Part shown: positions 16,872-26,513 of the stretch, in pieces
How positions within the stretch are numbered: position 1 is the stretch's first letter
How the letters are laid out: each line of letters starts with the position of its first letter
Origin: Clostridia bacterium
GTDB lineage: Bacteria > Bacillota > Clostridia > Christensenellales > CAG-138
DNA length: 62,634 nucleotides
Direction of reading: 5' to 3'
Assembly (NCBI GenBank): GCA_030527115.1
Contig: JAUNBM010000005.1
Coordinates: forward strand, 1 to 62,634
Position numbers and translations under genes: made by a program
The notes under the pieces: generated by a model
Databases searched by the model: none
Told to the model about the DNA's origin: nothing
Seen by the model: the letters and a program-made list of their open reading frames with translations, nothing else

Positions 16872-18023
16872 CTATCTTCCGAACTGCAACGCGAACAGCA
16901 CTATGGCGGTCGTAGCCGCCCTTATTCCCGATTCGTCGATTAAAAAGTCGTTATTGTGTGGCCTTGTAATGATATCGCTTTTCGGATTTTTTGTTCCGAA
17001 GCGGAAGAATACTCCCGGTCTCTTTGTAAGATACCAGCAAAAGTCCTCCGAACTCATACGCTTAAAGTCCTCCGTCACGGGGACTTCTTTTTCGATAGCG
17101 GAAATCAGTTCGTTCGCCGTTTCAACATCGTTTATAACGGCATGGGCGCTGATATGCCAATCCGGCTCCACTTCCCCGCCGTAAGCCAAGGCGATGGAAC
17201 GGCATATCTCCTCCGCCCTTTTCATCACGCGCATGGCAAAGGCTTCATCATAGAACCGAAACGAAATCTTGCTTTCACAAAAGTCCGCAATCGCGTTGTG
17301 TACGTGTCCGCCGTTAAAGCTACCGACCGACCAAATGTAAGGCGTTTTCTCCCCCGCCTCCTCCGCTACCATGCTTTTGAGCATTGAATAGGCTTCAACG
17401 GACATGGCGATGGCGTCGACGCCCGTGCTTGCAAGCGTGGCGTGCGCGCTCTTGCCAAAGAATCTGAGGTTTATCGGAATGCACGCCGCCATGTATTCGC
17501 CCGGTCGGATTGCAACTGTGCCGGAATCGAGCGTATTTTCAGAGTGAATGCCTATCACCCTGTCCACGCCGTCCATAACCCCGTTGTCGACCATCATCTT
17601 TGCGCCGCTTATCTCGCCCTCCTCGCTCGGTTGGAAGATAAGGCGGATATTGCAGGCAAGCTCGCTTTGCCGCTCCTTGAGAATCCTGGCTACGGCAAGC
17701 AAATTTGCGGTATGCGCATCGTGGCCGCAGGCGTGCATCCGTCCATCATAGACGGAGGCAAAGGGTAGATTCGTCCTCTCCTGAATCGGGAGCGCGTCCA
17801 TATCCGCACGGATAGCCAGCGTTTTCCGCTTGGGATCGTCGCCTATCCAGCCTACGACGCTGCACTTTCCAAACCGCTCGGTAAACGGGATGTCCAGCCC
17901 TTTCAGCTCCCTTTTAACAAGCTTGACAGTCCTTAAAAGCTCAAAGCCCACTTCGGGATACATATGAAGCTCGCGCCTGAGCCCTATCGCATAGTCGAAG
18001 ATTTCGTAGCTTACAACGCCCAT
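16872..18023 (-). CDS. M20-family amidohydrolase (N-acyl-amino-acid / hippurate hydrolase type)
   Basis: Motifs IRADMDALPIQE, MHACGHDAHTA and PSEEG. It is the last gene of the AraC-linked minus-strand operon. Confidence 0.88.
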   Translation of the reverse strand: MGVVSYEIFDYAIGLRRELHMYPEVGFELLRTVKLVKRELKGLDIPFTERFGKCSVVGWIGDDPKRKTLAIRADMDALPIQERTNLPFASVYDGRMHACGHDAHTANLLAVARILKERQSELACNIRLIFQPSEEGEISGAKMMVDNGVMDGVDRVIGIHSENTLDSGTVAIRPGEYMAACIPINLRFFGKSAHATLASTGVDAIAMSVEAYSMLKSMVAEEAGEKTPYIWSVGSFNGGHVHNAIADFCESKISFRFYDEAFAMRVMKRAEEICRSIALAYGGEVEPDWHISAHAVINDVETANELISAIEKEVPVTEDFKRMSSEDFCWYLTKRPGVFFRFGTKNPKSDIITRPHNNDFLIDESGIRAATTAIVLFALQFGR

Positions 18024-18032
18024 GCTTGCCCC

Positions 18033-18830
18033 CTAATCGAACAGCGGCTCTCTCTTGAGCGGAAGCCAGTCAAGCATGGCCTCGGTAGCCGGATCCCAGA
18101 ACTTGAAGGTGTGCCCGCCGGGACTTGTGCGCGCTTCAAGCGGGATATCGTGCTTTTTGCAGAAGTCAATCATGCGCGTGTGGCAGGCATAGGTTAAGTG
18201 ATCCTCGCTACCGCACGCAGTATACAAAAGCGGAATCTCCTTATTCTGCTCCTTTAGGTTTTTCAGCATCACATAGAGATCCGAAGCGTTCGGATCTATC
18301 TTGGGAGGTTCGCCGAATATTGCCATGCGCGACTTGTTCGGCACGGAGGAAAGCCCGTCGGCAAGCAGGCGTTCAAGGTCGAAACCGCCCGACAGGGCGG
18401 CGGCCGCTGAGAACATCTCCGGGTGCATCAGCGCGCACTTGAAAGCGCCGTAGCCGCCCATGGAAAAGCCGGCGACAAAGCGATCCTCGCGCCGCTCCGA
18501 AATGGGTAGCATAGCCGACATCATTTCGGGCAACTCCTCGGAGATATAAGTCCAATAATCCTTGCCGTAGGCGCAGTCTGTATAGTAGCTGAAGCCTCCC
18601 GCATCCGGAAAGATGAGCGCAACGTTGCGTTCGCGGGCATATCGCTCGGCTGAGGTTTCCCTGAGCCACATCGAAGCGTCGCCCCCGCCGCCATGAAGCA
18701 TATATACCACTTGATACTTGGGGTTACGAGCCCATTGGTTGAAGCCCTTATTGTCAATCGGAAGCACAACCATGACCTCCGTCCGCGTTGACAGCACGCC
18801 CGATCTAAGTCTAATCTGCATCAGCGCCAT
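18033..18830 (-). CDS. alpha/beta hydrolase, esterase-D / putative esterase family
   Basis: Motifs YMLHGGGGD and the nucleophile elbow GFSMGGYGA, plus a late GGHTF. AAGGAG lies 9 nt upstream of the start. Confidence 0.82.
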   Translation of the reverse strand: MALMQIRLRSGVLSTRTEVMVVLPIDNKGFNQWARNPKYQVVYMLHGGGGDASMWLRETSAERYARERNVALIFPDAGGFSYYTDCAYGKDYWTYISEELPEMMSAMLPISERREDRFVAGFSMGGYGAFKCALMHPEMFSAAAALSGGFDLERLLADGLSSVPNKSRMAIFGEPPKIDPNASDLYVMLKNLKEQNKEIPLLYTACGSEDHLTYACHTRMIDFCKKHDIPLEARTSPGGHTFKFWDPATEAMLDWLPLKREPLFD

Positions 18831-19752
18831 AGTCCCTGTCTCCTTTTGCTAAATTCATATTTTTGCGAAGGAAGCTCAATATAATCTCCTTAGTCTCCTC
18901 CTGGAAGAACTGCGCTCCGCCGTGCCGACCGCCCAAAATACGGATGTATTCAACGGGAACGTTTGCATCGGAAAGCGCCTTATAGAACACGTCGCCATTA
19001 TGGATGGGAACCCGTATATCATCGGTTCCATACAGGAGCATGAACGGAGGCGCGTCGCTCCTTATATAATAACGCGGATCGGCCTCGTCCGCAAGATGCG
19101 GTTCTTCCCAGATATCCTTATGCCACAGCAAAAGCTCTTGTGTGGGAATATTTCCGCGCCTTATGAACTGAGGCCGATCCTTATAGGAGGTTATGTCGCC
19201 TCTGCCTTCCCTGTCCAAAATATCTACAACTGCATAGAAGATCACCGCGCAGTTCACTCCGTTTGAGTAGTCGGAATACTCCTTGGTGTCAAAATCCATG
19301 CGCTCTTTTGCAAGCGCGGTAATCGCCGCCAGATGGCCGCCGCCCGACTCCCCCATGATGGCAATAAAATCGGCGTCGAGCCTAAGCTCGTCCGCATGGG
19401 CGCGCAAAAAGCGAATCGCCTGGCGGATCTCCGCTATCTGGGCGGGGAACCTTCTTTGCCCGCTAACGCTGTAACGGACGCTCGCCACCGCAAAGCCCCG
19501 CTTGGCATACCAGGTAAGCTCCGGCATCCAAACGTTTTCATCGACCGCAGACCAGCCTCCGCCGCAGAGGAAAAGGATGAGCGGCTGTTTTTTGGCAGGC
19601 GGGTCAAAATCGTAATACGCCCGGTTTCTGAGCAAAGACAGGGTCAGGCTTCTGAACGATGACCCGCACCAATAGGGAAGCTGTTGGTAAACGAGTCCTG
19701 AGCCCAACATTACCACGGGCTCCTTTATTTCTATCTTAATATCCCTTTGCAC
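18811..19752 (-). CDS. alpha/beta hydrolase fold-3 type esterase (lipase / feruloyl-acetyl esterase-like)
   Basis: Oxyanion-type motif LFLCGGGW, nucleophile elbow GESGGGHLA, and a C-terminal GGRHG. Confidence 0.82.
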   Translation of the reverse strand: MQRDIKIEIKEPVVMLGSGLVYQQLPYWCGSSFRSLTLSLLRNRAYYDFDPPAKKQPLILFLCGGGWSAVDENVWMPELTWYAKRGFAVASVRYSVSGQRRFPAQIAEIRQAIRFLRAHADELRLDADFIAIMGESGGGHLAAITALAKERMDFDTKEYSDYSNGVNCAVIFYAVVDILDREGRGDITSYKDRPQFIRRGNIPTQELLLWHKDIWEEPHLADEADPRYYIRSDAPPFMLLYGTDDIRVPIHNGDVFYKALSDANVPVEYIRILGGRHGGAQFFQEETKEIILSFLRKNMNLAKGDRDYGADAD

Positions 19753-19757
19753 TGTGC

Positions 19758-20741
19758 TTATTCAACCTCGCCTTGTATATCAAAATGGCAGGCTATACAA
19801 TGTCCGCAACCCACTTCGCGAAGCCGCGGCTCCTCCGTTTTGCATATCTCCGCCGCATACTTGCATCTCTCGTGGAATCTGCAACCCTTGGGCGGATTTA
19901 AGGGGCTTGGAACATCGCCCTCGAGCGGAACGTGCTTGCGCTTATGCTCGCGCACCGGGAGCGGGATGGAGGCGAGCAAGGCCTGCGTATATGGATGCAG
20001 GGGCTTTTGATACAGCTCGTCCTTTTCGGCGGTCTCCACGAGCTTGCCCATGTACATGACTGCAATCCTGTCGCACAGATGATGGGTTACGCTCAAATCG
20101 TGCGATATGAAAAGATAAGCCGCCTGTTTCTGCTGTTGGAGCGTTTTCATCAGGTTCAAAACCTGCGCTCTGACCGAAACGTCGAGGGCGGATACGGGTT
20201 CGTCGCAGACAACGAGCTTCGGGCGCAGTATCATCGCCCGCGCTATCGCCGCACGCTGTCTTTGGCCGCCCGACATCTCGTGAGGGTACTTTTTCAGGTA
20301 CTCGGCGGTCAGCCCAACCTCGCTCAAAGCCTCGGCTGTACGCTCGTCCCTCTCCGCGCGCGTTCCCATTTGGAAGGCATCGAGCGGAGCGCGAACCGCC
20401 TGCAGGACGGTCATTCGCGGGTTCAACGAGGCGTAGGGGTCTTGGAAAATAATCTGAATCTGCCTCCGATAGTCGCGCATCTCCTTCTGTTTGAGATAGG
20501 TTATATCCGCCCCCTCAAAGAGGATCTGCCCGCCGGTAGGCTCGCAGAGCTTGACTATCATCCTGCCGAGCGTGGATTTGCCGCAACCGCTTTCACCGAC
20601 CAATCCCAAAATCTCGCCCTCGTGAATCGTAAGCGAAACCCCGTCCACGGCCAACAGCACGGACTTCGCCTTTCCGAGCAGGTTTTTGTCCTTTACAAAC
20701 TCCTTGCGTATATCGTTAATTTCCAATAAAACTTTATTCAT
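19758..20741 (-). CDS. peptide/opine-type ABC transporter ATP-binding protein (OppF/DppF-like)
   Basis: Walker [10 protein letters not shown], signature MSGGQRQR, Walker [12 protein letters not shown], and a C-terminal oligopeptide-type extension with a Cys cluster. The start was trimmed to MNKVLL, with AGGAG 7 nt upstream. Confidence 0.9.
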   Translation of the reverse strand: MNKVLLEINDIRKEFVKDKNLLGKAKSVLLAVDGVSLTIHEGEILGLVGESGCGKSTLGRMIVKLCEPTGGQILFEGADITYLKQKEMRDYRRQIQIIFQDPYASLNPRMTVLQAVRAPLDAFQMGTRAERDERTAEALSEVGLTAEYLKKYPHEMSGGQRQRAAIARAMILRPKLVVCDEPVSALDVSVRAQVLNLMKTLQQQKQAAYLFISHDLSVTHHLCDRIAVMYMGKLVETAEKDELYQKPLHPYTQALLASIPLPVREHKRKHVPLEGDVPSPLNPPKGCRFHERCKYAAEICKTEEPRLREVGCGHCIACHFDIQGEVE

Positions 20742-21720
20742 TGTCAGCTCCTGCATCGCTGTCGTATAAGAAACAGCGAACCTCTCCCCCGCCGTGCTTT
20801 ATCATCGGAGGGTCTTGCTCTTTGCAACGCGCCATGCAGTAAGGACAGCGGTCGGCAAACCTGCATCCTTTGGGCATATTGCCGAGCATCGGGACGTTCC
20901 CCTCGATGGTAGGCAGCATCTCCACCTTTTTATTAATGTGCGGAATCGACTGCAACAGCCCCTGCGTATAGGGATGCAACGGCTTTGCAAAGATAGAATC
21001 CGCATCGTTGTATTCAACCACCTTGCCGGCATACATAACCAGCGTATCGTCGGCAACCTCGGCTATAACGCCCATATCGTGCGTTATCATTATAATCGAA
21101 GCGCCCATGCTCTCCTTGAGCTCGTTGATTAAATCGAGTATCTGCGCCTGAACCGTCACGTCCAATGCGGTAGTGGGTTCATCGGCAATCAAAATCTTCG
21201 GGCGGCAGGACAGCGCCATGGCTATCATAACGCGCTGGCGCATACCTCCGCTAAACTGATGGGGAAATTCGTTCATCCTGCGCCGGGGTTCGGGAATTCT
21301 TACCTTGTCGAGCATCTCGACGCAGTATTCGTAAGCCTCTTTGCGGGACATATTGCTGTGAGCGAGCACCATCTCCATCATCTGATAGCCGATTCTGTAC
21401 ACCGGATTTAAGCTCGTCATCGGCTCTTGGAATATCATGGATATGTCCTTGCCACAAACATCGCGCATCTGTCTGCCCGAATATTTTGCTATATCCCTGC
21501 CATCCAAAATGACTTCGCCCTTGGTTATCCTTGCGGTTTGCCTGTTGTACAGGCGCATAATTGACATTGCCGTAACGCTTTTTCCGCAACCGGACTCACC
21601 GACAATTCCGAGGGTTTTTCCCTTTTGAAGCTTAAAGGAAATATCCTCAACCGCGGCTATGGAGCGCTTCCTCAGCATAAATTCAACTCGCAGGTTCTTT
21701 ACTTCCAGAATCGTACTCAC
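20734..21720 (-). CDS. peptide/opine-type ABC transporter ATP-binding protein (OppD/DppD-like)
   Basis: Walker [10 protein letters not shown], signature FSGGMRQR, Walker [12 protein letters not shown], and a C-terminal Cys-containing extension. Confidence 0.9.
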   Translation of the reverse strand: MSTILEVKNLRVEFMLRKRSIAAVEDISFKLQKGKTLGIVGESGCGKSVTAMSIMRLYNRQTARITKGEVILDGRDIAKYSGRQMRDVCGKDISMIFQEPMTSLNPVYRIGYQMMEMVLAHSNMSRKEAYEYCVEMLDKVRIPEPRRRMNEFPHQFSGGMRQRVMIAMALSCRPKILIADEPTTALDVTVQAQILDLINELKESMGASIIMITHDMGVIAEVADDTLVMYAGKVVEYNDADSIFAKPLHPYTQGLLQSIPHINKKVEMLPTIEGNVPMLGNMPKGCRFADRCPYCMARCKEQDPPMIKHGGGEVRCFLYDSDAGADNE

Positions 21721-21797
21721 TTTAATTCCCGCCTTTAACTTTGGTACTTCTGCGCGGCTCCCAAATAACTCAGGAGCCGCGCCTGTTATCTTGTGAA

Positions 21798-23498
21798 TCA
21801 GTCAACGATCAACTCATGCCAGTTGTTGTTAAAGCCTACCGCCTGCCTGTCGGGATCCCAACCCGAGATGCGCGAGCTTGTAAGCATGTACTGTCTCGTT
21901 CTGTAAACCGCCGCAAACGGGCAAAGCTCGATGCAACGAACCAGCCACTGACGCGCCAGTTCTGCGCGGTTGTCCAAATCCAGTTCCATCGCCATCTGAT
22001 CCAACAGTCCATTGAGCTCTGCGCCGATCTCGCCGGTGGAGAATCCATGGATATAGGTGTTCATCGACGCCCTTGTAGTCAAAGGATCGTTCGTCCATGC
22101 GGAGGTACTCTGCAAAGAAACGTGATACGCGCCCTCCCTCGCATTTGCAAAGGTCGTCGTAGCGTCGTTAACCTGAATCTCAACTTTGATGCCTATGGAT
22201 TCCAGCGACTGTCCGATTATCGTCGCCGCATCTTCACGGGTTCCGGAAGGCGCACCGATGATGAAGGTGTCGTTATAGTCCCAGCCCGCCTCGTCGAACA
22301 GCGCCTTTGCCTTTTCGGGGTTGTATTCCGAAGCATACTCTATCGAATCGGTATAATAGTCGCTGACCTGAAGGATCGGAGAAGCCGATATGACGCACTG
22401 ACCCCCGAAAAGAACCTGGCTTATCGCTTCCTGATTGATGCAGTAGCGAACCGCTTGTCTGAGGCGCACATCGGAAAGCTTTTCAACATTGATGTTCATC
22501 CAGCAAAGCGCATACGCAAGCTCGGTATAGCCCTCGCTGACATTGGGCTGCTGTGCCGCAGCCGCCGCATCCTCATAATTGAGTCCGCTGAAGCACAGAT
22601 CCAACTCGCCAGCCATAAACGCCGCCGCCATCGAATCCTGAGCTACTACACGAAGCACGAGCGTGCCGAACTTAGGCGCTCCGCGATAGTAGTCCTGATT
22701 GGTCTTAAAGGTAATGGTCGAGCCCTCGACCTGCGAGTCGAAGATGCCGACGCCACAACCCACAGGGTTTGCCCAATAGGAATCCTCAAGCAAGGTTGCC
22801 GTGTCAATGTCCTCCAGCAGGTGCTTAGGAAGCGGATACAGCCCGTTGTTGTTCGCGATAAGGAACGAGGTTATTTCCGCCGTCGCCTTCAACGTGATTT
22901 GAAGCGTATAGTCGTCCAGAGCTACCCATGCCACGCTGTTTTCGGCGGTTTCGTTGCCGTCGGAGTCGGTGCCTTCAAAGTTGGAATAGATAGTCTTTCT
23001 GCCCGAAACGAAGCCGGGGTCGGTGATCGTCTGCGCCGCAAACACCCAGTCGTGCGCGGTAAGCGAAACGCCGTCATGCCACTTTGCATTCGGGTTCAGA
23101 TGGAGCGTCCAAACCGTGGAATCCTCGTTGACCTCCCAAGACTCCGCCGCGCGCGGCTCTATCGTATAGTCGCCGTTGACAAGCACCAGCTTCTCATAGA
23201 GGATATCATAGACGAACTGGCTGTAGCTGTCGGTAACCGCAAACGGGCAGAGCAGACCCCAGGTCGAAAGCTGGCCTACGGTTACAACCTTGTCCAAATA
23301 ATCCGGCTCAGCAACAGGTTCCTCCGTCGGCTCGGTTTCCGACGTTGGATCGGATGGCTCCTCGCTTTGGGTCACCGGAGCTTCGGTTGCCGTCGCACCC
23401 TGTTCCTGTTCCTCGCTCGTATCCGCACAGCCGAACAGACTGCACATGAGGAGCAGAATAACAAGGAATAACGAGATGATTTTTGAAGTGTTTTTCAT
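21798..23498 (-). CDS. family-5 ABC substrate-binding lipoprotein (peptide/nickel/opine type)
   Basis: Lipobox SLFGCAD, a Glu/Pro/Thr-rich linker, and family-5 SBP size and composition. Confidence 0.88.
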   Translation of the reverse strand: MKNTSKIISLFLVILLLMCSLFGCADTSEEQEQGATATEAPVTQSEEPSDPTSETEPTEEPVAEPDYLDKVVTVGQLSTWGLLCPFAVTDSYSQFVYDILYEKLVLVNGDYTIEPRAAESWEVNEDSTVWTLHLNPNAKWHDGVSLTAHDWVFAAQTITDPGFVSGRKTIYSNFEGTDSDGNETAENSVAWVALDDYTLQITLKATAEITSFLIANNNGLYPLPKHLLEDIDTATLLEDSYWANPVGCGVGIFDSQVEGSTITFKTNQDYYRGAPKFGTLVLRVVAQDSMAAAFMAGELDLCFSGLNYEDAAAAAQQPNVSEGYTELAYALCWMNINVEKLSDVRLRQAVRYCINQEAISQVLFGGQCVISASPILQVSDYYTDSIEYASEYNPEKAKALFDEAGWDYNDTFIIGAPSGTREDAATIIGQSLESIGIKVEIQVNDATTTFANAREGAYHVSLQSTSAWTNDPLTTRASMNTYIHGFSTGEIGAELNGLLDQMAMELDLDNRAELARQWLVRCIELCPFAAVYRTRQYMLTSSRISGWDPDRQAVGFNNNWHELIVD

Positions 23499-23540
23499 TG
23501 TGATTCTCCTTTTTTTATTTTATGACGGGTTTCCACCCCA

Positions 23541-24401
23541 TCAAAGCTTTGTTTGCGGGTCAAGCGCATCACGCACGCCGTCCCCGATAAAATTGACGCA
23601 GATCGTCACGAGGATGATGGCTATTCCCGCAGGTATCCAAACCCACGGCCGGAGACTGAGCGTTGCATAGCTCAAAGCCTCGCGGATAAGGTTGCCCCAG
23701 CTCGCCGCCGGCGGCTGGATGCCCACGCCCAGAAAGCTCAGCGTGGTTTCGGTCAAAATTGCGGAGCCCACGCCGAAGGTCATCGTAACCCAAACCGGCG
23801 AAATGGAGTTTGGCAGGATATAGCGCGCCAGAATCGTTGTCGTCTTGCATCCGCTCGTTCGCGCCGCCTCGACATATTCCTTTTGGCGGATGGAAAGCGT
23901 ATTGCTGTACATCAGTCGCGTATACCTGGGCCAGCCTATTATGCCTATTACTAATATCAGCACGACTATCGAGGGGTTGAACATCGCAACGACCACCAGC
24001 ATCAGAACCATCGTCGGAAACGACATGAATATATCGGCTATACGCATCACGACCCTGCCCACGGTATGCTCATAATAGCCCGAAAGCAAACCCAGCGGGA
24101 TTCCTATCAATGCGCTGACGCAAACCGCCGCAAGTCCAACGAGGATGGAAACCCTGCCGCCGTACAGGGTGCGGGCAAGGATATCGCGTCCCATCGAATC
24201 CGTCCCGAGAAGATGAGCGGAACTCGGCGCTTGATTCAGCGCGCTGTAGTCCATGTAATAGGGGTCGAGCTTAAAAATCATCGGCACGAACACGACGCTC
24301 AGAGTCAAAAGAACCATTACTATCGTTCCCGCCATTGCGAGCTTGTGCTTGCGAAACCTCGCCAGCTTTGGATGCTCCTTTTTTCCGACCTTCTTAGTCA
24401 T
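23541..24401 (-). CDS. ABC transporter permease (DppC/OppC-like)
   Basis: Multi-TM protein with the N-terminal OppC-type segment LGTDSMGRDILARTLYGGR and an EAA-like loop EYVEAARTSG. Confidence 0.9.
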   Translation of the reverse strand: MTKKVGKKEHPKLARFRKHKLAMAGTIVMVLLTLSVVFVPMIFKLDPYYMDYSALNQAPSSAHLLGTDSMGRDILARTLYGGRVSILVGLAAVCVSALIGIPLGLLSGYYEHTVGRVVMRIADIFMSFPTMVLMLVVVAMFNPSIVVLILVIGIIGWPRYTRLMYSNTLSIRQKEYVEAARTSGCKTTTILARYILPNSISPVWVTMTFGVGSAILTETTLSFLGVGIQPPAASWGNLIREALSYATLSLRPWVWIPAGIAIILVTICVNFIGDGVRDALDPQTKL

Positions 24402-24415
24402 ATCGTCCTCCGGGT

Positions 24416-25366
24416 TTATTTATAAGAGATGCGCGGATCCAGCTTTGCATAGATGATATCCAGCACAAGATTCGTGCCTAAAACGGCAACGGCGATCAGG
24501 CAGGTTATGCCCATTATCACGGTGTAATCGCGGTACAGAATCGAATTGATAAGCAGGCTTCCGATTCCGGGCCAGGAGAAGATCTGCTCGACTACGACCG
24601 CGCCGCCAATAAGAAGCGGCACCTGAAGTCCTATCTGGGTTACTATCGGAATCAGGGCGTTGCGGAATATGTGCTTTATCTGCACCCTTGACGGCGAAAG
24701 CCCCTTCGATCTCGCGGTCTTAACGTGTTCGGCATTGCGCGATTCGAGCATACTTGCGCGGGTATACCGAATGAACGACGCCATCTGGTGCCACGACAGA
24801 ACCATGACCGGCATTATCATATGCTTTATCGTGTCCCATGCGTCCGTGTGTCCCGTCGTGTTCATGCCGAGCATCGGCAGCCATCCCAACCTTACGGAGA
24901 ATAAGTATATCAACACAAGACTGTAGAAGAAAGTTGGCACCGCCTGTCCCAAGAAGGCGAAAGCGTTGCTCAGATAATCCAAAGCTCCGTAAGGCTTTAT
25001 CGAAACCAAAATTCCAAGCGGGATGGCAAGAAGCAACGCTAAACCAAGCGAAGTTCCCATTAAAAGAAGGGTTGGGCCGATGCGCGGGATGATCAGATCG
25101 GATACCGCCGAATTGAACCTATAGGAAATTCCCCAGTCTCCCTGAATGAAATCGCTGAGCCAGTTTGCATATTGAACGATGATGGGCCGGTCAAGCCCCA
25201 GCGCTTTTTCCAGCGCTTCATACGCCTCAGGCGACAGGTTTGCGTCCGCCGTAAGAAGATCCAGCGGCCCGCCGGGCGCAAAATGCGCCATAACGAACAC
25301 CAAGAAGGTGATCCCCACGAATACCAGTATGCTTATCAATACGCGCTTTATGATGTATTTTAGCAT
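24416..25366 (-). CDS. ABC transporter permease (DppB/OppB-like)
   Basis: N-terminus MLKYIIKRVLISILV..., LGLDRPIIVQY, and the loop HVKTARSKGL. Confidence 0.9.
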   Translation of the reverse strand: MLKYIIKRVLISILVFVGITFLVFVMAHFAPGGPLDLLTADANLSPEAYEALEKALGLDRPIIVQYANWLSDFIQGDWGISYRFNSAVSDLIIPRIGPTLLLMGTSLGLALLLAIPLGILVSIKPYGALDYLSNAFAFLGQAVPTFFYSLVLIYLFSVRLGWLPMLGMNTTGHTDAWDTIKHMIMPVMVLSWHQMASFIRYTRASMLESRNAEHVKTARSKGLSPSRVQIKHIFRNALIPIVTQIGLQVPLLIGGAVVVEQIFSWPGIGSLLINSILYRDYTVIMGITCLIAVAVLGTNLVLDIIYAKLDPRISYK

Positions 25367-25397
25367 TGCCTCTCCCTTTCAACAGTTTTCGTTAGGA

Positions 25398-26282
25398 CTA
25401 TTCATCCTGCGGCGCTCTGCGGTCAATTCTGAGCTTTCGATAATCGGTCGGGGAGACTCCGAGGGTATTCACAAAGCTCCGGTAAAACGACGAATACTCC
25501 TTGAAGCCGCATTCCTGCGCTATGTATTCGAGCGTATAACGATTTTCGTTGAGCAGTTTTGCCGCATAGTCCATTCTGAGGCTGTTGCGATACTTTCCGT
25601 AACTCGTTCCGGTGACCTCCTGAAACGCCTTACAAAACTGCGCCCTGCTCATGGCGCACTCCCTTGCGGCCTCCTCGGAACTCATCGTTTTTTTGAGCTG
25701 TTCGCGCATCTGCGCGGTAAAGCTCAGTATCCGCTTCCGCTTCTCCTCAAAGCCCTCGTTAAAGGAAAACTCGTCCGCCTTCCATTCTGCTCTCATAACG
25801 TCGACGAGAAGGCTTACGAGCATCCCCTGAAGCGTTGCGGTATAGAAGATCTGGCGCTCCCTAAGCTCCCTCAGCATAACCTTGAGCATGGCGGTAATGC
25901 GCTTAGCGTCCTCCTCGCTGAAGGTTATCTTGTGAATCTGCTCCGCCGTCTGGTTTCGCTTGGACTGGAGATACTCGCCCGTGATACCGCTGAGCACCTC
26001 CAGCGGCAAAAACGGCAGTTTAAACGAAACGGCATAATAGGGCGCCCAGCCCTGCTCTCCGTCGATGTGGTGTTCCATCAGCGGAGGAAGGAGTATTGCG
26101 TCGTTGGCGTTCAGCTCCTCGATGATTCCGCACCTCGAATGGCGCAGGGTTCCCTTGGAGACAAACATAATTTGATAGAAATCGTGAAAATGCGAGGTGT
26201 ACACGCGCGGGGTATTTTTTCCCTCCAACACGTGAAACTCCTTGAGTGCAAATTCATGATCTCCTATTAAATATTTTTTCAT
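25398..26282 (-). CDS. AraC-family transcriptional regulator (cupin plus double HTH)
   Basis: N-terminal cupin-like sensor and a C-terminal AraC HTH (YIAQECGFKEYSSFYRSFVNTLGVSPTDYR). Confidence 0.88.
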   Translation of the reverse strand: MKKYLIGDHEFALKEFHVLEGKNTPRVYTSHFHDFYQIMFVSKGTLRHSRCGIIEELNANDAILLPPLMEHHIDGEQGWAPYYAVSFKLPFLPLEVLSGITGEYLQSKRNQTAEQIHKITFSEEDAKRITAMLKVMLRELRERQIFYTATLQGMLVSLLVDVMRAEWKADEFSFNEGFEEKRKRILSFTAQMREQLKKTMSSEEAARECAMSRAQFCKAFQEVTGTSYGKYRNSLRMDYAAKLLNENRYTLEYIAQECGFKEYSSFYRSFVNTLGVSPTDYRKLRIDRRAPQDE

Positions 26283-26333
26283 GCTCCTCCTAAAATGCGC
26301 CTTTTGGCTTAGGCTAAGGATAGCACCTCGAGG

Positions 26334-26347
26334 ATTGATAAATCAAT
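26334..26347. promoter_or_regulatory. 14-bp perfect palindrome ATTGATAAATCAAT in the AraC/AtuA divergent region
   Basis: Read directly. It lies about 50 nt upstream of the AraC start. Function unknown. Confidence 0.3.
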
Positions 26348-26513
26348 ACTTTTACGGGCAATAGAGACAAAATGCAACAAGAAAAAAACAAATTACAATG
26401 GCTGTATAAAAATCCAAAGCCTATAATGAATCTGCGGGCTTTCAGCCTCATTTGGGTTGCCCGCTACAACCAATACAAGGGCCGTCTTTGATATTCGGTT
26501 CGGAAAGGATCTT

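Noticed and set aside
21741-23471. 576-aa plus-strand ORF
   Set aside because: It is fully antisense to the well-supported family-5 SBP gene, has Arg-rich low-complexity translation, and shows no RBS or recognisable motif. It is a typical shadow ORF of a GC-rich gene.
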